A DNA stretch of 63,267 bases, the filler included, from Octopus bimaculoides (lineage: Eukaryota): the NCBI RefSeq assembly GCF_001194135.2. It is 6 parts of 6 records of this genome, joined end to end, with 100 filler letters (N's around TTAATTAATTAA, not from the genome) between each part and the next. Parts side by side here need not be neighbours in the genome. Positions count along the whole stretch, not along the records: positions 23,220 to 43,066 come from NC_068989.1; positions 43,167 to 56,642 come from NC_068981.1; 4 more parts are not named here. One strand, 5' to 3'. The notes under the pieces were generated by a model, which searched no databases, was not told where the DNA came from, and was given only the letters and a program-made list of their open reading frames with translations. Positions 36,721 to 49,789 of this stretch are shown here, one piece after another; position 1 is the first letter of the stretch, and every line of letters begins with the position of its first letter. The position numbers were made by a program, and so were the translations under genes.

Positions 36721-37769
36721 ATACCACATGATTAAAGAAGAAGGGATGAGAAGTGAGAAAGAAAAACATCGTAAATATTACACAGAAACGTATATGGTAA
36801 TACACACACAATAGACATATCTGCACTTACCTTAATAATTATGACAAGTAGAGATTAATGTATAAAATAATAAATAAATATATAAATATATTTGTCACAT
36901 ACCTGTGATAAATATAAGGCAGAGAGATAGATAAAATAAATAAATGAAACTATATAAAGGGCATGGATACATAAAATATATGAAGTGAACCCACACACAG
37001 ACAAACACACCAGAAATTTCATGGACAGCCATAACAATGTCAACAATGCAACAACGACAATAGCAGTCACCATGACAACGACGGCAATAACAATAACAAC
37101 AACTATCACGATGGCAACGCCGTGGACGAACACACGTACACAGAGGAATACAGGAACTGTACCATATTCTTTCTGGGGTCTTAGGACAGCAGCAACACAA
37201 TGGAGTGAAAGGATGGGGCAGAAGGAAAGACCACCCTGCTGATAAAAGCTATGACACACACAAGCATACACACACATAAACACACATACAGACACACATA
37301 CACGCGCACATACATACACGCATACACACATACACGCATACNNNNNNNNNNNNNNNNNNNNNNNNNNNNNNNNNNNNNNNNNNNNNNNNNNNNNNNNNNN
37401 NNNNNNNNNNNNNNNNNNNNNNNNNNNNNNNNNNNNNNNNNNNNNNNNNNNNNNNNNNNNNNNNNNNNNNNNNNNNNNNNNNNNNNNNNNNNNNNNNNNN
37501 NNNNNNNNNNNNNNNNNNNNNNNNNNNNNNNNNNNNNNNNNNNNNNNNNNNNNNNNNNNNNNNNNNNNNNNNNNNNNNNNNNNNNNNNNNNNNNNNNNNN
37601 NNNNNNNNNNNNNNNNNNNNNNNNNNNNNNNNNNNNNNNNNNNNNNNNNNNNNNNNNNNNNNNNNNNNNNNNNNNNNNNNNNNNNNNNNNNNNNNNNNNN
37701 NNNNNNNNNNNNNNNNNNNNNNNNNNNNNNNNNNNNNNNNNNNNNNNNNNNNNNNNNNNNNNNNNNNNN

Positions 37770-37806
<37 letters not shown>

Positions 37807-39433
37807 CTGTAATAGATTATACATTGTTATTCTGAGTTTCTTGCTTAATTAGCAATTAAACAGGGAAGTTATCTAAATATAACCAATTAACAGCAATTAA
37901 CTCAATTCAACATTATTGGTACCCAATAATCTAGCTGAGTCTCCGCTCGTACTTATGTCTTCATATTTTTATTTTCCTTTTATCCTTAATTTCATTTTCT
38001 TCCATTTTATCTATCTTTGAATTGTCAACTATGTTTCTTCAATAACTTATAAATGACTCCGTTGAAGAAAAACCATCATTCACGTTCGAATCTGCTTGAA
38101 CGTTTTAAGAATGAACGGATAAGTTATCCTTTGGAATCTCGCTGTTATGCTCTCACACTACCAGCACGCATCAGCAAGTAATTTCTTTTCTGATTTCTAT
38201 AAACAACAGCTCTTACACTGGTGAAACATGTGTTATGAGTAAACTTCGTCTACAGAGAAGAGGTGTTCGATGAAAAACACAAAACAAAAAACAAAAGCGT
38301 TCATATATTCGCGTTGGAATCTACAAGAGCGTTTTGAGAATGAATAGATGCATTTTTGCTTCAAATATTGATGATCTGCGAGCACCCTATGAATTACTAG
38401 AAATAGCTTGTTTTTAGCAATTAAAAGTCGTGCCTTTTACACCATTCATACCCCAACATGCAAAGAAGAGAAAATTTATATAATTTTGAATATCCCAGCT
38501 TAATTTGGCCAAGAAAAAATTGTCTGATGAATGTTTGATAAATAGTTTAATTTAAGCAAGGAATTTGGAGTTATTAATGCGTATTTTATGATTTGTATTC
38601 CTTTGTATACATATCTATTCCATTCACTTCTATGCTTAGTTATCTATCTTTGTTCACATAATCCCTCTTACATACACACTTATATACAAACACAAAAAGA
38701 CAGTATGTATATACATATTTACTCACGTGTTATGGCCATTGATGTACTTGCTTTTTCCACTCGTTCAAAACCTTGATTGTAATAGTCAATGTTAGCACAA
38801 AAAGATTTCTCTTCGCCTGGAGCGTATTCTAAAACAGAAAAGGCAAAAAAAAAATGTATAAATAAATGAATACATACATATATACATACATGCATATATA
38901 TATANNNNNNNNNNNNNNNNNNNNNNNNNNNNNNNNNNNNNNNNNNNNNNNNNNNNNNNNNNNNNNNNNNNNNNNNNNNNNNNNNNNNNNNNNNNNNNNN
39001 NNNNNNNNNNNNNNNNNNNNNNNNNNNNNNNNNNNNNNNNNNNNNNNNNNNNNNNNNNNNNNNNNNNNNNNNNNNNNNNNNNNNNNNNNNNNNNNNNNNN
39101 NNNNNNNNNNNNNNNNNNNNNNNNNNNNNNNNNNNNNNNNNNNNNNNNNNNNNNNNNNNNNNNNNNNNNNNNNNNNNNNNNNNNNNNNNNNNNNNNNNNN
39201 NNNNNNNNNNNNNNNNNNNNNNNNNNNNNNNNNNNNNNNNNNNNNNNNNNNNNNNNNNNNNNNNNNNNNNNNNNNNNNNNNNNNNNNNNNNNNNNNNNNN
39301 NNNNNNNNNNNNNNNNNNNNNNNNNNNNNNNNNNNNNNNNNNNNNNNNNNNNNNNNNNNNNNNNNNNNNNNNNNNNNNNNNNNNNNNNNNNNNNNNNNNN
39401 NNNNNNNNNNNNNNNNNNNNNNNNNNNNNNNNN

Positions 39434-39469
<36 letters not shown>

Positions 39470-39799
39470 GTACATACAATTCAGGACGATACTTAATGCT
39501 ATAAGCGCAGTGGAGTCTTTATCACATATATGGAAATACTCACAAATATCGAGAATGCCTTTCAAATTAGATTTTAGATTATTATTCATGATTAACATGT
39601 GTATGTGGTATATAAACAGTTTTGTTTATTTATTCATATTTCTGAAATCTTTTACTATTGTTGATGTTGACCATATTGTAACTGTGACGAACAAGCAGTT
39701 TAACATATTACATTAATTTTTTAAATGTTAATATTGAAATAGGAGATAAAGACTTCAGATGACGAAAGCAAGTCTAATGTTGATGAACCTGATTCTCTG

Positions 39800-41340
39800 A
39801 TTACTAGGAAAATTATTTTTAGTTTGGCAAGAAATTATTTTTAGATGGCATGAAATCTGAAAACTCATATCATTAAGAATGACTAGTTTGACATTTTAAA
39901 GAGGATTATGACTCTGGATAGTGACATAGGAAAGTCTTTACACTGATTTATGTCTTTGGAACTGCGATGGATGCAAAAGTTGCCTCAACATAGGCCAACT
40001 TAGTTATATATGAATAAGCTAAGACAAAGTATGATATCAACTTCCAGAATTATCAGATGAAAAATTGGAAACGATATTTAGATGACTGCCTTATTCTGTG
40101 GATTTACAACCTAGCTTAACTCAATGATTTCAAATTTCTACTCTGTAACATCAATAGCAGCATTCAGTTCACCATGGAATTTAGCCGTAACCAAGTTCCC
40201 TTCTTAGGCATTTTGGTTATTAAGACTGACAGAATCATAAACATCTACTACAAACCAACAGACTCTAAACACCACGTATTATTTTCTTCATGCCACCCAA
40301 AACATTTCTAATCCAATATTCCATTTAACCTAGCTCGAAGAATCCTAATAATTGCCTTCAATCTGGATGTCTAGAATTAAAGACTCATTAAATTAAAATA
40401 AGTACTACTTGAAAGAAAGTACCCGACTACTCTAATAGAGAACGCACCACAGCAATAGACATTAAAGAATTACGAAAAGCCAAAAGCAGTTCAGATACAC
40501 CCAAAACTCTATCTAATTACAATTCACATCCAAGAAGCATGGAATCATTCCGCATTATCCACCAAAACCTACCATCATTAGGCCAAGACCCCAAAATTAA
40601 AAAGGTACTTGAATCATACAAAATAATAAAATGCCAAAAAAGTAACAAAATGACAAAAGTCCCTAAAAATTACTTACCAACATGAAACTACCAACTACGG
40701 ACTCAACTCAAACAGTTCAAAAGTATGGTTGTTCCAACTGTGGAACTTGTGAAGACATAACTTGTGAGGACATTACTTTAAATCAGGACACGTTTTTCGT
40801 GTGAAAAATCATTTTAATAGTTCTTAGAAAAAATTAATATATGCCATCAAATGCAATGAATTCAGGGAAGACTACATTGGACAGACTAAACTCACAATGA
40901 AAACTAGATTAAACATTCATCGCCAGCAAATACATGATTCCAAAACTAGACAAAACCAACTTAGTGAACATCTGGACATATGCGCGAAAGCCAAATCTCC
41001 CAAATTTCTTGTCTTCCCACTCTATCAATATACAGACAATACCACAGACGAAACAAGAATTAATAAAGAAGGTTCATTTATTAAAAAAATACAAGCCATT
41101 GCTGAACAGGCTATTAGATCAGTAATACAGAATTCTTCTTTTCCTGTGAATGAATTATTGGATGAATTAACTGTCATATCGATACTGATAACCTGGCGTT
41201 AGAACACAATATACTTATGCTTCAGAACGAATCATCAGTCGAGTACAGAGCGATAATTAGAAATTAGAATGACAAAGAAATAAACAATTATGTTATGAAG
41301 TCCGTTGAATGCTTATAGCGGTAACAGCTGTAAGATAATG
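39800..41340 (+). mobile_element. Decayed Penelope-like element (RT + GIY-YIG endonuclease + 3' pLTR)
   Basis: GTAMDAKVAST*ANL (39958), WKRYLDDCLILW (YLDD 40075-40086), VPFLGILV, IYYKPTDS, NIPFNLARRI, CGTC, LIYAIKC...DYIGQT..MKTRLNIH. Boundaries approximate. Confidence 0.9.
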
Positions 41341-42182
41341 AAGTTCATAACACAACTGATTATTCTTTAGTCATTCTAATTTCTTGTATATATATATAAC
41401 CTGAACGATGGATTAAGTCTATGAAGTAAGTAGACCGTGGGAAGGATTTGAATTCAGATCGTAAACAGTCGGAACAAATACTCCTCAACATCAAGGCCAA
41501 CGTTCTTGCAGTTCTAACAATCCACCATCTTGGACTGGTATTTCCGCAAAGCATTATGTCTGATTTAAATGTTAGCTTAAAACTGTCCATCCTAACTACT
41601 TAAAAATTATTGAAAATAGCGAGGCAATTTTTTTTATTTAAGAAAGAATAAAATTTTTCATTCAAATATACGATGGCTGTGTTTTGAGTTATAGGGAAAA
41701 TGAAATAAAACAGAACTACGTTAAAACTATTCCATGGCTATACAATAAATTTATCAGTTTTGTAATTGTAATAGTTATGAATGTAAAATACATTCAGCTA
41801 TCGATCATGGTGCCATAAAATACACTAAATTGCTGAGCGCATGTAGAGATATATTACCTAGTAGTACAAAATAGTTTCAACTATTGATGACAGGTGTAGA
41901 TATTATAGTTAGTAGTATAAGATACAGTTAAATACTGACCACCTGTGAAGATAGAGTAGTTGTACAAAGTAATACTGCTAAACAGATTCAAATACTGAAA
42001 ACTTATGATATAAGAATAGATATATAGATATAGTTATTAGCAGTCTAAAATACAGCCAATCAGATACTGACAACATATATAGGGATAATATTTAGTAGTA
42101 CAAACCGGATTTACTTAGAGACCACGAATATACATATATAGGTATGTACAAACACACACATACACACACACTCATATATGTA

Positions 42183-42237
<55 letters not shown>

Positions 42238-42256
42238 ATCTATCTATCTATCTATA

Positions 42257-42300
<44 letters not shown>

Positions 42301-43166
42301 AATCTATCTATAGGGGTGGAACAAAATTAGTTACCGGGATAATATGAGTAATTTCTGATTACTTGCTACTTTTCTCCGTACCTGTTTGAAATCGTTACAT
42401 TGCAAGTATTGTATCATTATTTTGTAGTGTTGCATCATATTTAGGAATAAAAATTGGTCAGCATAGTTGTTGAAGTTCAGAAGTTAGATGACAAGTACCA
42501 CAATTACCACTCTGGTTATAGAGAATATTTTATGCTGAGCTGTTTGAATTAATCGAGTTTCGTTAATTGCATATCATGTGTCATTTTCCATGATTCTCTT
42601 TCATTTGACTTAGTTATTAATAAACTTTGGTTGTATTTCTGATTTTTCTGATGTCTAAGGAAGGATATTGATGTACATTAGTCTATCTTCAAATGCAATC
42701 CTGGATAATTAAAGAGGCAAATTTATATTGGCTTAATCATTTTGCCTCAGGTAAATTTATCTTTTATAAGCCCAATGAGGAAAGTGTTAATTTTCTGAAA
42801 TAGTGTTCTGAATATGTTGTAGTGTTTTTAATTCATTTAGAGAAGTTCCTTTGCTTAGTTTATATAGTTTTTGTAAGGTTGTGAACATTTGTAAGAAATA
42901 TATTTTTACTCAAAATCAGAAATGCAGAAAAACCTCCTAACTATATATATATATATATATGTGAGTAAAAATAAATACAAAAAAAAAAGGGTTTTGTATG
43001 ATTGTGTATAGAGGAATATATTATTTTATTTAAAAGAGTTCCAACTCTGTCTGTTTTTTATGTTTTNNNNNNNNNNNNNNNNNNNNNNNNNNNNNNNNNN
43101 NNNNNNNNNNTTAATTAATTAANNNNNNNNNNNNNNNNNNNNNNNNNNNNNNNNNNNNNNNNNNNN

Positions 43167-43228
<62 letters not shown>

Positions 43229-43461
43229 AATATATATATATAGATATAATACATTTCTAAATCTTTCAGAGAGATGTATGCAGTAGTGATGCGATAAAGT
43301 AGTTGTATGCTGTCAATTTAATGTGATAGTCCCATGAATGGAATAATACTACTGCTATTTAGCCCAATGAAGCAGTACCGCTTCCTATCGGCCTTGACAC
43401 ATTTCGTATGTATTTATGTTTCCAAGGAGGAGACAAGCATCTCCACTTAGCTAAGCCTTTA

Positions 43462-43504
43462 TTCAGGGACATGATTCTGAGTCTTTGCTCCTCATTAGTC
43501 TGGA
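43462..43504 (-). ncRNA. Decayed inverted copy of the 43827 hammerhead
   Basis: Reverse complement reads TCCAGA-CTAATGA-GGAGcaaagaCTCA-GAAT-CATGTC-CCTGAA, with core substitutions G5>A and A15.1>U. Confidence 0.75.
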
Positions 43505-43826
43505 GTAGCAATGGCCTGCTAGTTGGAGATGCCTGTCAAGCTTTCGTAAACATATAATATTTCTAGTGAAACACATTCACTGATTTCAAAAATAGAAATA
43601 ATACATTTCTTAATCTATCAGAGAGATTTATGCAGTAGTGATGCGATAAAGTAGTTGATGAAGTAGACAACATACAGCTACTTTATCGCATCACTACTGT
43701 ATAAATCTCTATGAGAGATTTAGAAATGTATTATTTCTATTTTGAAATTAGTGAATGTGTGTCACTAGAATTATTATATGTTTACGAGAGCTTGACAGGC
43801 ATCTCCAACTAGCAGGCCATTGCTAC

Positions 43827-43869
43827 TCCAGACTGATGATGAGCAAAGACTCAGAAACATGTCTCTGGA
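43827..43869 (+). ncRNA. Minimal type-I hammerhead ribozyme motif (PLE-type), intact core
   Basis: TCCAGA-CTGATGA-TGAG caaaga CTCA-GAAA-C at G-T-C-TCTGGA: 6-bp stem I, canonical CUGAUGA/GAAA core, 4-bp stem II, palindromic ACAUGU helix III, GUC cleavage triplet (C43863). Confidence 0.85.
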
Positions 43870-43910
43870 TGCAGACTTAGCTGGGTGGAGGTGCTTGTCT
43901 CTCCGTTGTA

Positions 43911-43979
<69 letters not shown>

Positions 43980-45399
43980 CGTGTGTGTGTGTGTGTGTGT
44001 ATAAATACATATATAAAAATATATATCAGGAGGGAACACGTACAAATACGAGTCTAACTGCTTGCTAGAAGAAGACGCTAAAGTTTGAAAACTACCTAAC
44101 ATATCACCAAAAATATAACATGCCTAATACTCGTTTGTTGGGGTCATAACTTGTAAAGGATTGTGGTTTATTTTGAATTTACTAGTCTTTTTATCAACTA
44201 CTAAATCTAAGACTAGAGGTGTCTGTTTAGAATGGAGGCAGAAGTAATTTGACTGCACATAGCTCGGTATGGTCATAAATATTGTCAAGGTCTTAGGAGT
44301 AGTAATGAAGTAACTGTCTATAAAAGAGGCTGGGTAGGGAAAGACCCCAAATCAAGATGTTAATTAACAGTTAAAGGGGCAAGATGCTTATAATGTCTAT
44401 TATGTTAATATAGAGGGAATTTTGTCATGATGTACTATGAGAGATTGTTTATTAACAATATTGTTAAGTTGTATAAAGTTAAAATTTAAGATTATCAAAA
44501 ATTATATCATATCCAACCAAAATAGATAAAATATGTATACATAGCAATCTTCGACATTAGAAAGGGAAGATTGCATATAATTAGTTTAATATTCATTCAT
44601 GTACTGAATTATTTACTTCTTGGGTGGTTTCTATAAAGACTGCTCTGGGTATTTACTTACGGAATACTGGAGAGATAAAACATGCTATGTATATATTAAT
44701 TAGAAGCTAAGAATCAGAAAAAACAGGAAAAATAAAAGTTGTGTACAGATACATGCATATATTTATCTATGTGCACACATGCAAATATACAGAAATATTT
44801 ATACGTATAAAATATTGTGCCTGAAGTAGAAATTTTGATTATACCCTGGAATACCTGCAAAATTATATTATTTGTCCCCTGCGATATAACATTGGCGAGT
44901 GAATTCTCTCTACAGCATGCGTGCTTATAATCTGATATTACCTATCTGAATATCCATTTATTTGTTTATTGTTTATTTTCAATCTCATTTATAGAGGTTT
45001 CAGTTGAATCGCTACTTATCGAAGGGGTATAACTCAAATGTCATTACTTCCCTTTAGGTTTTACGTAACTGTTCCAATGTCCCATTTTTACTGAAGATTT
45101 TGTATTTTAAGACGTATGGAAGTTGATGTTTTTTTAACAACAAAGATAAAACGAACAGAGAAATTTTGGGAAGGAAGAAATACTTTATTACGGACATTAA
45201 CTGGAACACAGGATTGGCATATATCTATACGTACATGCGTGTGCATGTGTATGTGTTTGTGCGAGTGTGTGTAAGTTGTGTGTGAGTATGTGTAATATAT
45301 ATATTTGTACTATTGCTACTCATGAATTAAAAGCTCTACGTAGAATCTCACTATCTAGCCTACTACTATTGTAGCAATGTTTTTACTTCTTTATTTAGT

Positions 45400-46945
45400 A
45401 GTATTAGTGGTTATGTAATATATATACAGCGAGTCGTAGAAGACACGATTCATCTGATAAGAATTGTGAGTAAGTACAAAGTAAACGACAAAAGGAAAAG
45501 TAAACAGAACAAAATTGCAGTTTTACGTTGTATTTCTATATTTCTGTTGCTCAGATGTGTCGGTGTGAGTGGGGAAGAAAGAGGAAGGTGACATGCGTGG
45601 AATGGCGTTGCTATAGTAATCACTATATAGTAATCCTCGTGGAGTCCCCTTGAGGCGGTACAAGGACCAACTCAAATCAACCTTGAAAAGCACCAACATC
45701 GACCCCGCACACAGGGAGGATATCTCGGCAAACAGACCCCTCTGGAGACACACCTTCAAAACGGGTTCAACGGACTTCGAGAAAGCCCGAGTCGCAAGAG
45801 CAGAACTCAAGAGACGGAAGAGAAAGCAGCGCCTTCTCCTTCCAAAACCAACCCCTTCTCCTTCCAAAACCAACCCCTTCTATCCCTTGTCCATAATGTC
45901 TTCGTATGTTTCATGCAGCCCATGGATTGCGGAGCCATCTGCGGTTCAAACACCCAGGAAAAAGAACTGGATTGCAAGCTCGGAAACACGAGACGCAGCC
46001 AACAACAACAACAACACAGTAATCACTCTATTTCGTGTAGTTCCTTCTTGTTGTTAATGGATGGTCTCAGTTTGTTTATAAAGAAGGCTTCCATAGTCTG
46101 ACATTGTCCCTGTTGTGTTGGATTGCCTTGATAGACACTTTGAAATTCTGGGTTTGGCATTTCCTCAGGTTTTTCTTTATCGAAGTGTCTGCCTGGATAT
46201 GCTCCTTTATTAGGATGTGAAGTTTCCTAGTAGTGCTCCATATGTAGGATGCTCCACATTTATTGTAGACTACCTCCTATACTACATATGCCCTTGAGCA
46301 TGTCTTGGCGTCTTTGAAGGGGCTGTTGGTGAGTGTGGACCCCATGGTGCTCTCTGTGGTATTCTTCATCAACAGAACTTTCATCAGGGATGGACCGGTG
46401 TGTACTAACTATATGTTAAGTCCTTCCCTGCGGATGGCATGTCGGATAACTACCGTTGTTCTGTCGTCGAAGTAGGGCAGTCTAAGGAAGCATTTTTTTG
46501 ACCTGATGTTATGGGCTTTCTTATGTTGTTTACTCGCTTTCGTGTTTCGTGGATGCAGTCGTTTAGCTGCAGATGGTGGGTAGCCGTTGTGCGCTAAGTT
46601 CCTGAGAAACTGCTTCGTGTTGGTTACTTTGTCGATTACCTCACTGCATCTGTCTGTTATGCGTGTAACCTCATTCTGTATGTATGCATCTTTGGCTTTG
46701 ATGGGCAGGGCTGATTCTTAATGTACGAACAAATTCCTACTGGCTGCTTTTCTAAGAAAAGTCGTATAGATGTAACCCTCCTCTGTGATCTTGATTTGGA
46801 AATCTAGCAGAGAAAGGGTTTTGGACTTGTTTGGGTGCTCGATTTCGAAGTTTATGTGACCGTCGATCTTGTTGCATTTTTCACGTATGGTATTTCCTTC
46901 TTCCCAGGAGGAGGCGAGCACCAGGATTTCGTTGACGTACATAGA
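45400..46945 (-). mobile_element. Decayed Penelope-like element, interrupted by an RTE insertion just after its ORF end
   Basis: YVNE (degenerate YVDD, 46928-46939), [34 protein letters not shown] (GIY-YIG), C-terminal EAFFINKLRPSINNKKELHEIE*. The 45400 end is approximate. Confidence 0.85.
45636..46017 (+). mobile_element. 5'-truncated RTE-type LINE 3' end with (CAA)n tail and 7-bp TSD
   Basis: RGVPLRRYKDQLKSTLKSTNIDP...NRPLWR; remnant C2H2-like ...FHAAHGLRSH; TSD AGTAATC at 45629-45635 and 46018-46024. Confidence 0.85.
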
Positions 46946-47139
46946 GAAGACGCATGAGTGACATATACACGCGCGCGCGCACACACACACATACACATAC
47001 ATACATACATACATACATACATACAGACAGACAGATGTGTGTGCGTGCGTGTGTGTATAGAAAAATAGGATAGATGGATAAATAGATAGATAGATAGACA
47101 GACAGATAGACAGATAGACAGACAGATAGCCAGATAGCC

Positions 47140-47208
<69 letters not shown>

Positions 47209-49789
47209 GATAGATAGATACATTTTTTAAAATTCTGCTTTGTAATTGAAAGAGAAATGATGACGTTTAAAACTGCTTTTCAAAACTTTCAATCAGCTGA
47301 GGACAAGAGAAGACGATTAAAGACAGATCTTTTGAGACGAAAGTGGTTAATCAGCACCGAAATTATGCAAATGATTCGTAGCTCACGGTTCTTTACACTA
47401 GAATGGAGATAGTACGTTTAACCGTTTGCAAACATCTAATAGCATTTATTATTAGAGGTACGAAACTACATTTTCGATGTAAGTTGAGTGTAGAAAGACA
47501 GATGTCACGTGTTCCAATAAGCTATCAACGCGTGGTCAGCTTATTGATCGAGTATTCTTTAAAAAATTGCACTTTTGTCCCAGCCAGACATACTGGTCAA
47601 CAGGGGATTGCATTACCCTGTCCTTTCTCGACGATATTCTCTTGCTAACCAGAGACTTGCTTTAAAATGAATTAATGCTTCCTTTACTTTCACCTTTCTC
47701 AACCTAACACGCACACATACAGAAACATGTACACATAGTTAAACACTCGTTCACATCCATACACATAAACAAATACACACGTGCAAAGTCATACAGGCAC
47801 AAGCACGCATATTCATATATACGAATATAGATTCATATAATATATATTCTTTCTCGAGCCTTAGGACTGGTACGGCCGGTTAGCCACTTTTTATGGCGCA
47901 TAAGTGACTGAGATCACAACATCTCCCCTCAAAGGACTTTGGTTGGCCAGCAAGGACGGCACGAGTGGAGGGGCATATCGATTATATCGACCCCAGGACA
48001 TGACTGTTTTTTTTTTTAATTTTAATTAATCTAACTGAAAGGGATGAAGCGCAAAGTTGACCTGATCTGGATTTGATCTCAGAACGTAAACAACCTGAAT
48101 AAATACTACTAAATGTTTCGTCCGATCTGACTTTTAATCTGCCGGCTCGCCCTGTAATTATACTTTACAACAAAAATATATATTAACGGGAAATAACTCA
48201 TAATTTAATATATAGATTTGTCTCCCGTGAATTACTAAATTCGATTCAGTTTATTTTACGTTTTAACAACTAACAGATATGGTTTTTACGACTGAGAGGT
48301 GTAAATATGACTCTTCAAATATAATGTACAGTATCAATTTGTATCTAATGAAACTATATGACATACTTGGAAAGTTTGGGTGAGTTCTTATTTAACCCCT
48401 GGTCAGCTCTGATTAGCCCCATGATCGCAGTATTCTAGCAACAACCGTCCTAACTTTTGCGTTAGGTAACGATCAAGTTACTTAATGTGTTCTTTTGTAA
48501 GATGGTGTGGAGTGAGTTGAGGAAGGTTTCACTGTTACACCTAGCAGGGTCATCAATCAAAGATAAATAGCTGCAAAATCTAATTTAGATATGTACGTTA
48601 TATCATAGTCAGAACATGAATTCTAACGTTTCGTGCAAGGCTCTATATCAGATAGAATAACTTTGAGAAAATACGAAAAATATACAGTAGCATAGAATAT
48701 GAAAGTTTGCAGAGCTTTCGTGTTGGAGATGACGTGAAAGCACTAAAAATGTAAGGAATTTAACGGAAGTGGATAATAATGCAAGATGGCACAATCACTG
48801 AGCTATTTATACATACATGATATATACAAACGTACATACTTACATGCATACATGCATTCACACATACATACATAAATACATACACATGTATGTATATATA
48901 TATAGATATATATGCTTGTGTATGTACCACCCTATGTATATATATATATATNNNNNNNNNNNNNNNNNNNNNNNNNNNNNNNNNNNNNNNNNNNNNNNNN
49001 NNNNNNNNNNNNNNNNNNNNNNNNNNNNNNNNNNNNNNNNNNNNNNNNNNNATGTCTAATTTAAAACCTTCCCTTGTAACAGTCTTTTGTGTCATATTTT
49101 AGAAAATTATATCTCTGTTAAGTAACGAGTAGCCGCTGCCATGTGCGCTGTGCCGACCGTTCTCACAAGGAAGATAAGTTGAAGATTTATTTCCTTAATA
49201 CTACCAAATTCAAACGTATCAGGATCAATGAAGACAGAACAACATTGCTCCAGTAGAGTGTCTACCATATTTTTAACATCATTGTGAAGGATATAGTTTT
49301 CATCGATCAGTGGGCTGATGAATGAAAAAGTAGTCCTGTACACTTTTACAAAGGAACAAAAGAATTTGAAATAGTGTCTAATGGTTTCCATGTCACAGTT
49401 TCATTTCGAGTTCTCTTGGGTACTAGACGCGTTATCTATACGACACTAGTGCTCTTGGTTGGAGGGAGTGCAGATCGCACTATTTTAATCGATGCATGTT
49501 TTCGTTCTCTGAATCTTCCTTATGAATATTTTTTTTCTTTCCGTTTGCAGCCTGTATGTATTTTTGTTTCTGGGTCACGCTAGGACGTTGCCTGCGCGTA
49601 TGTGAATGACGGCTTTCTGAAACAGATGCCAAATCACTTTTATTTTGTAAAGATTGAATGTGAAAAACCAATCAACAAGCCATAAGTCATATGTAATTGC
49701 TAGCCAGTTCACACACATGCACACACGCGCGCGCACACACACACGCGCGTGCACCCACATTACGGAAAAGAAATTAAATTTCGAACGCA

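Larger units (their letters stand above)
43426..43904. repeat. Long inverted repeat (arms 43426-43657 and 43675-43904, 17-nt spacer) with a third partial copy at 43246-43314; probable PLE pseudo-LTR derivative
   Basis: The arms are reverse complements over about 230 bp (e.g. GCAATGGCCTGCTAGTTGGAGATGCCTGTCAAGC / GCTTGACAGGCATCTCCAACTAGCAGGCCATTGC) and carry the hammerheads. Confidence 0.9.

Noticed and set aside
49107-49391. 94-aa non-repetitive minus-strand ORF
   Set aside because: No recognisable domain, splice signals or partner exons; compatible with chance in AT-rich DNA.
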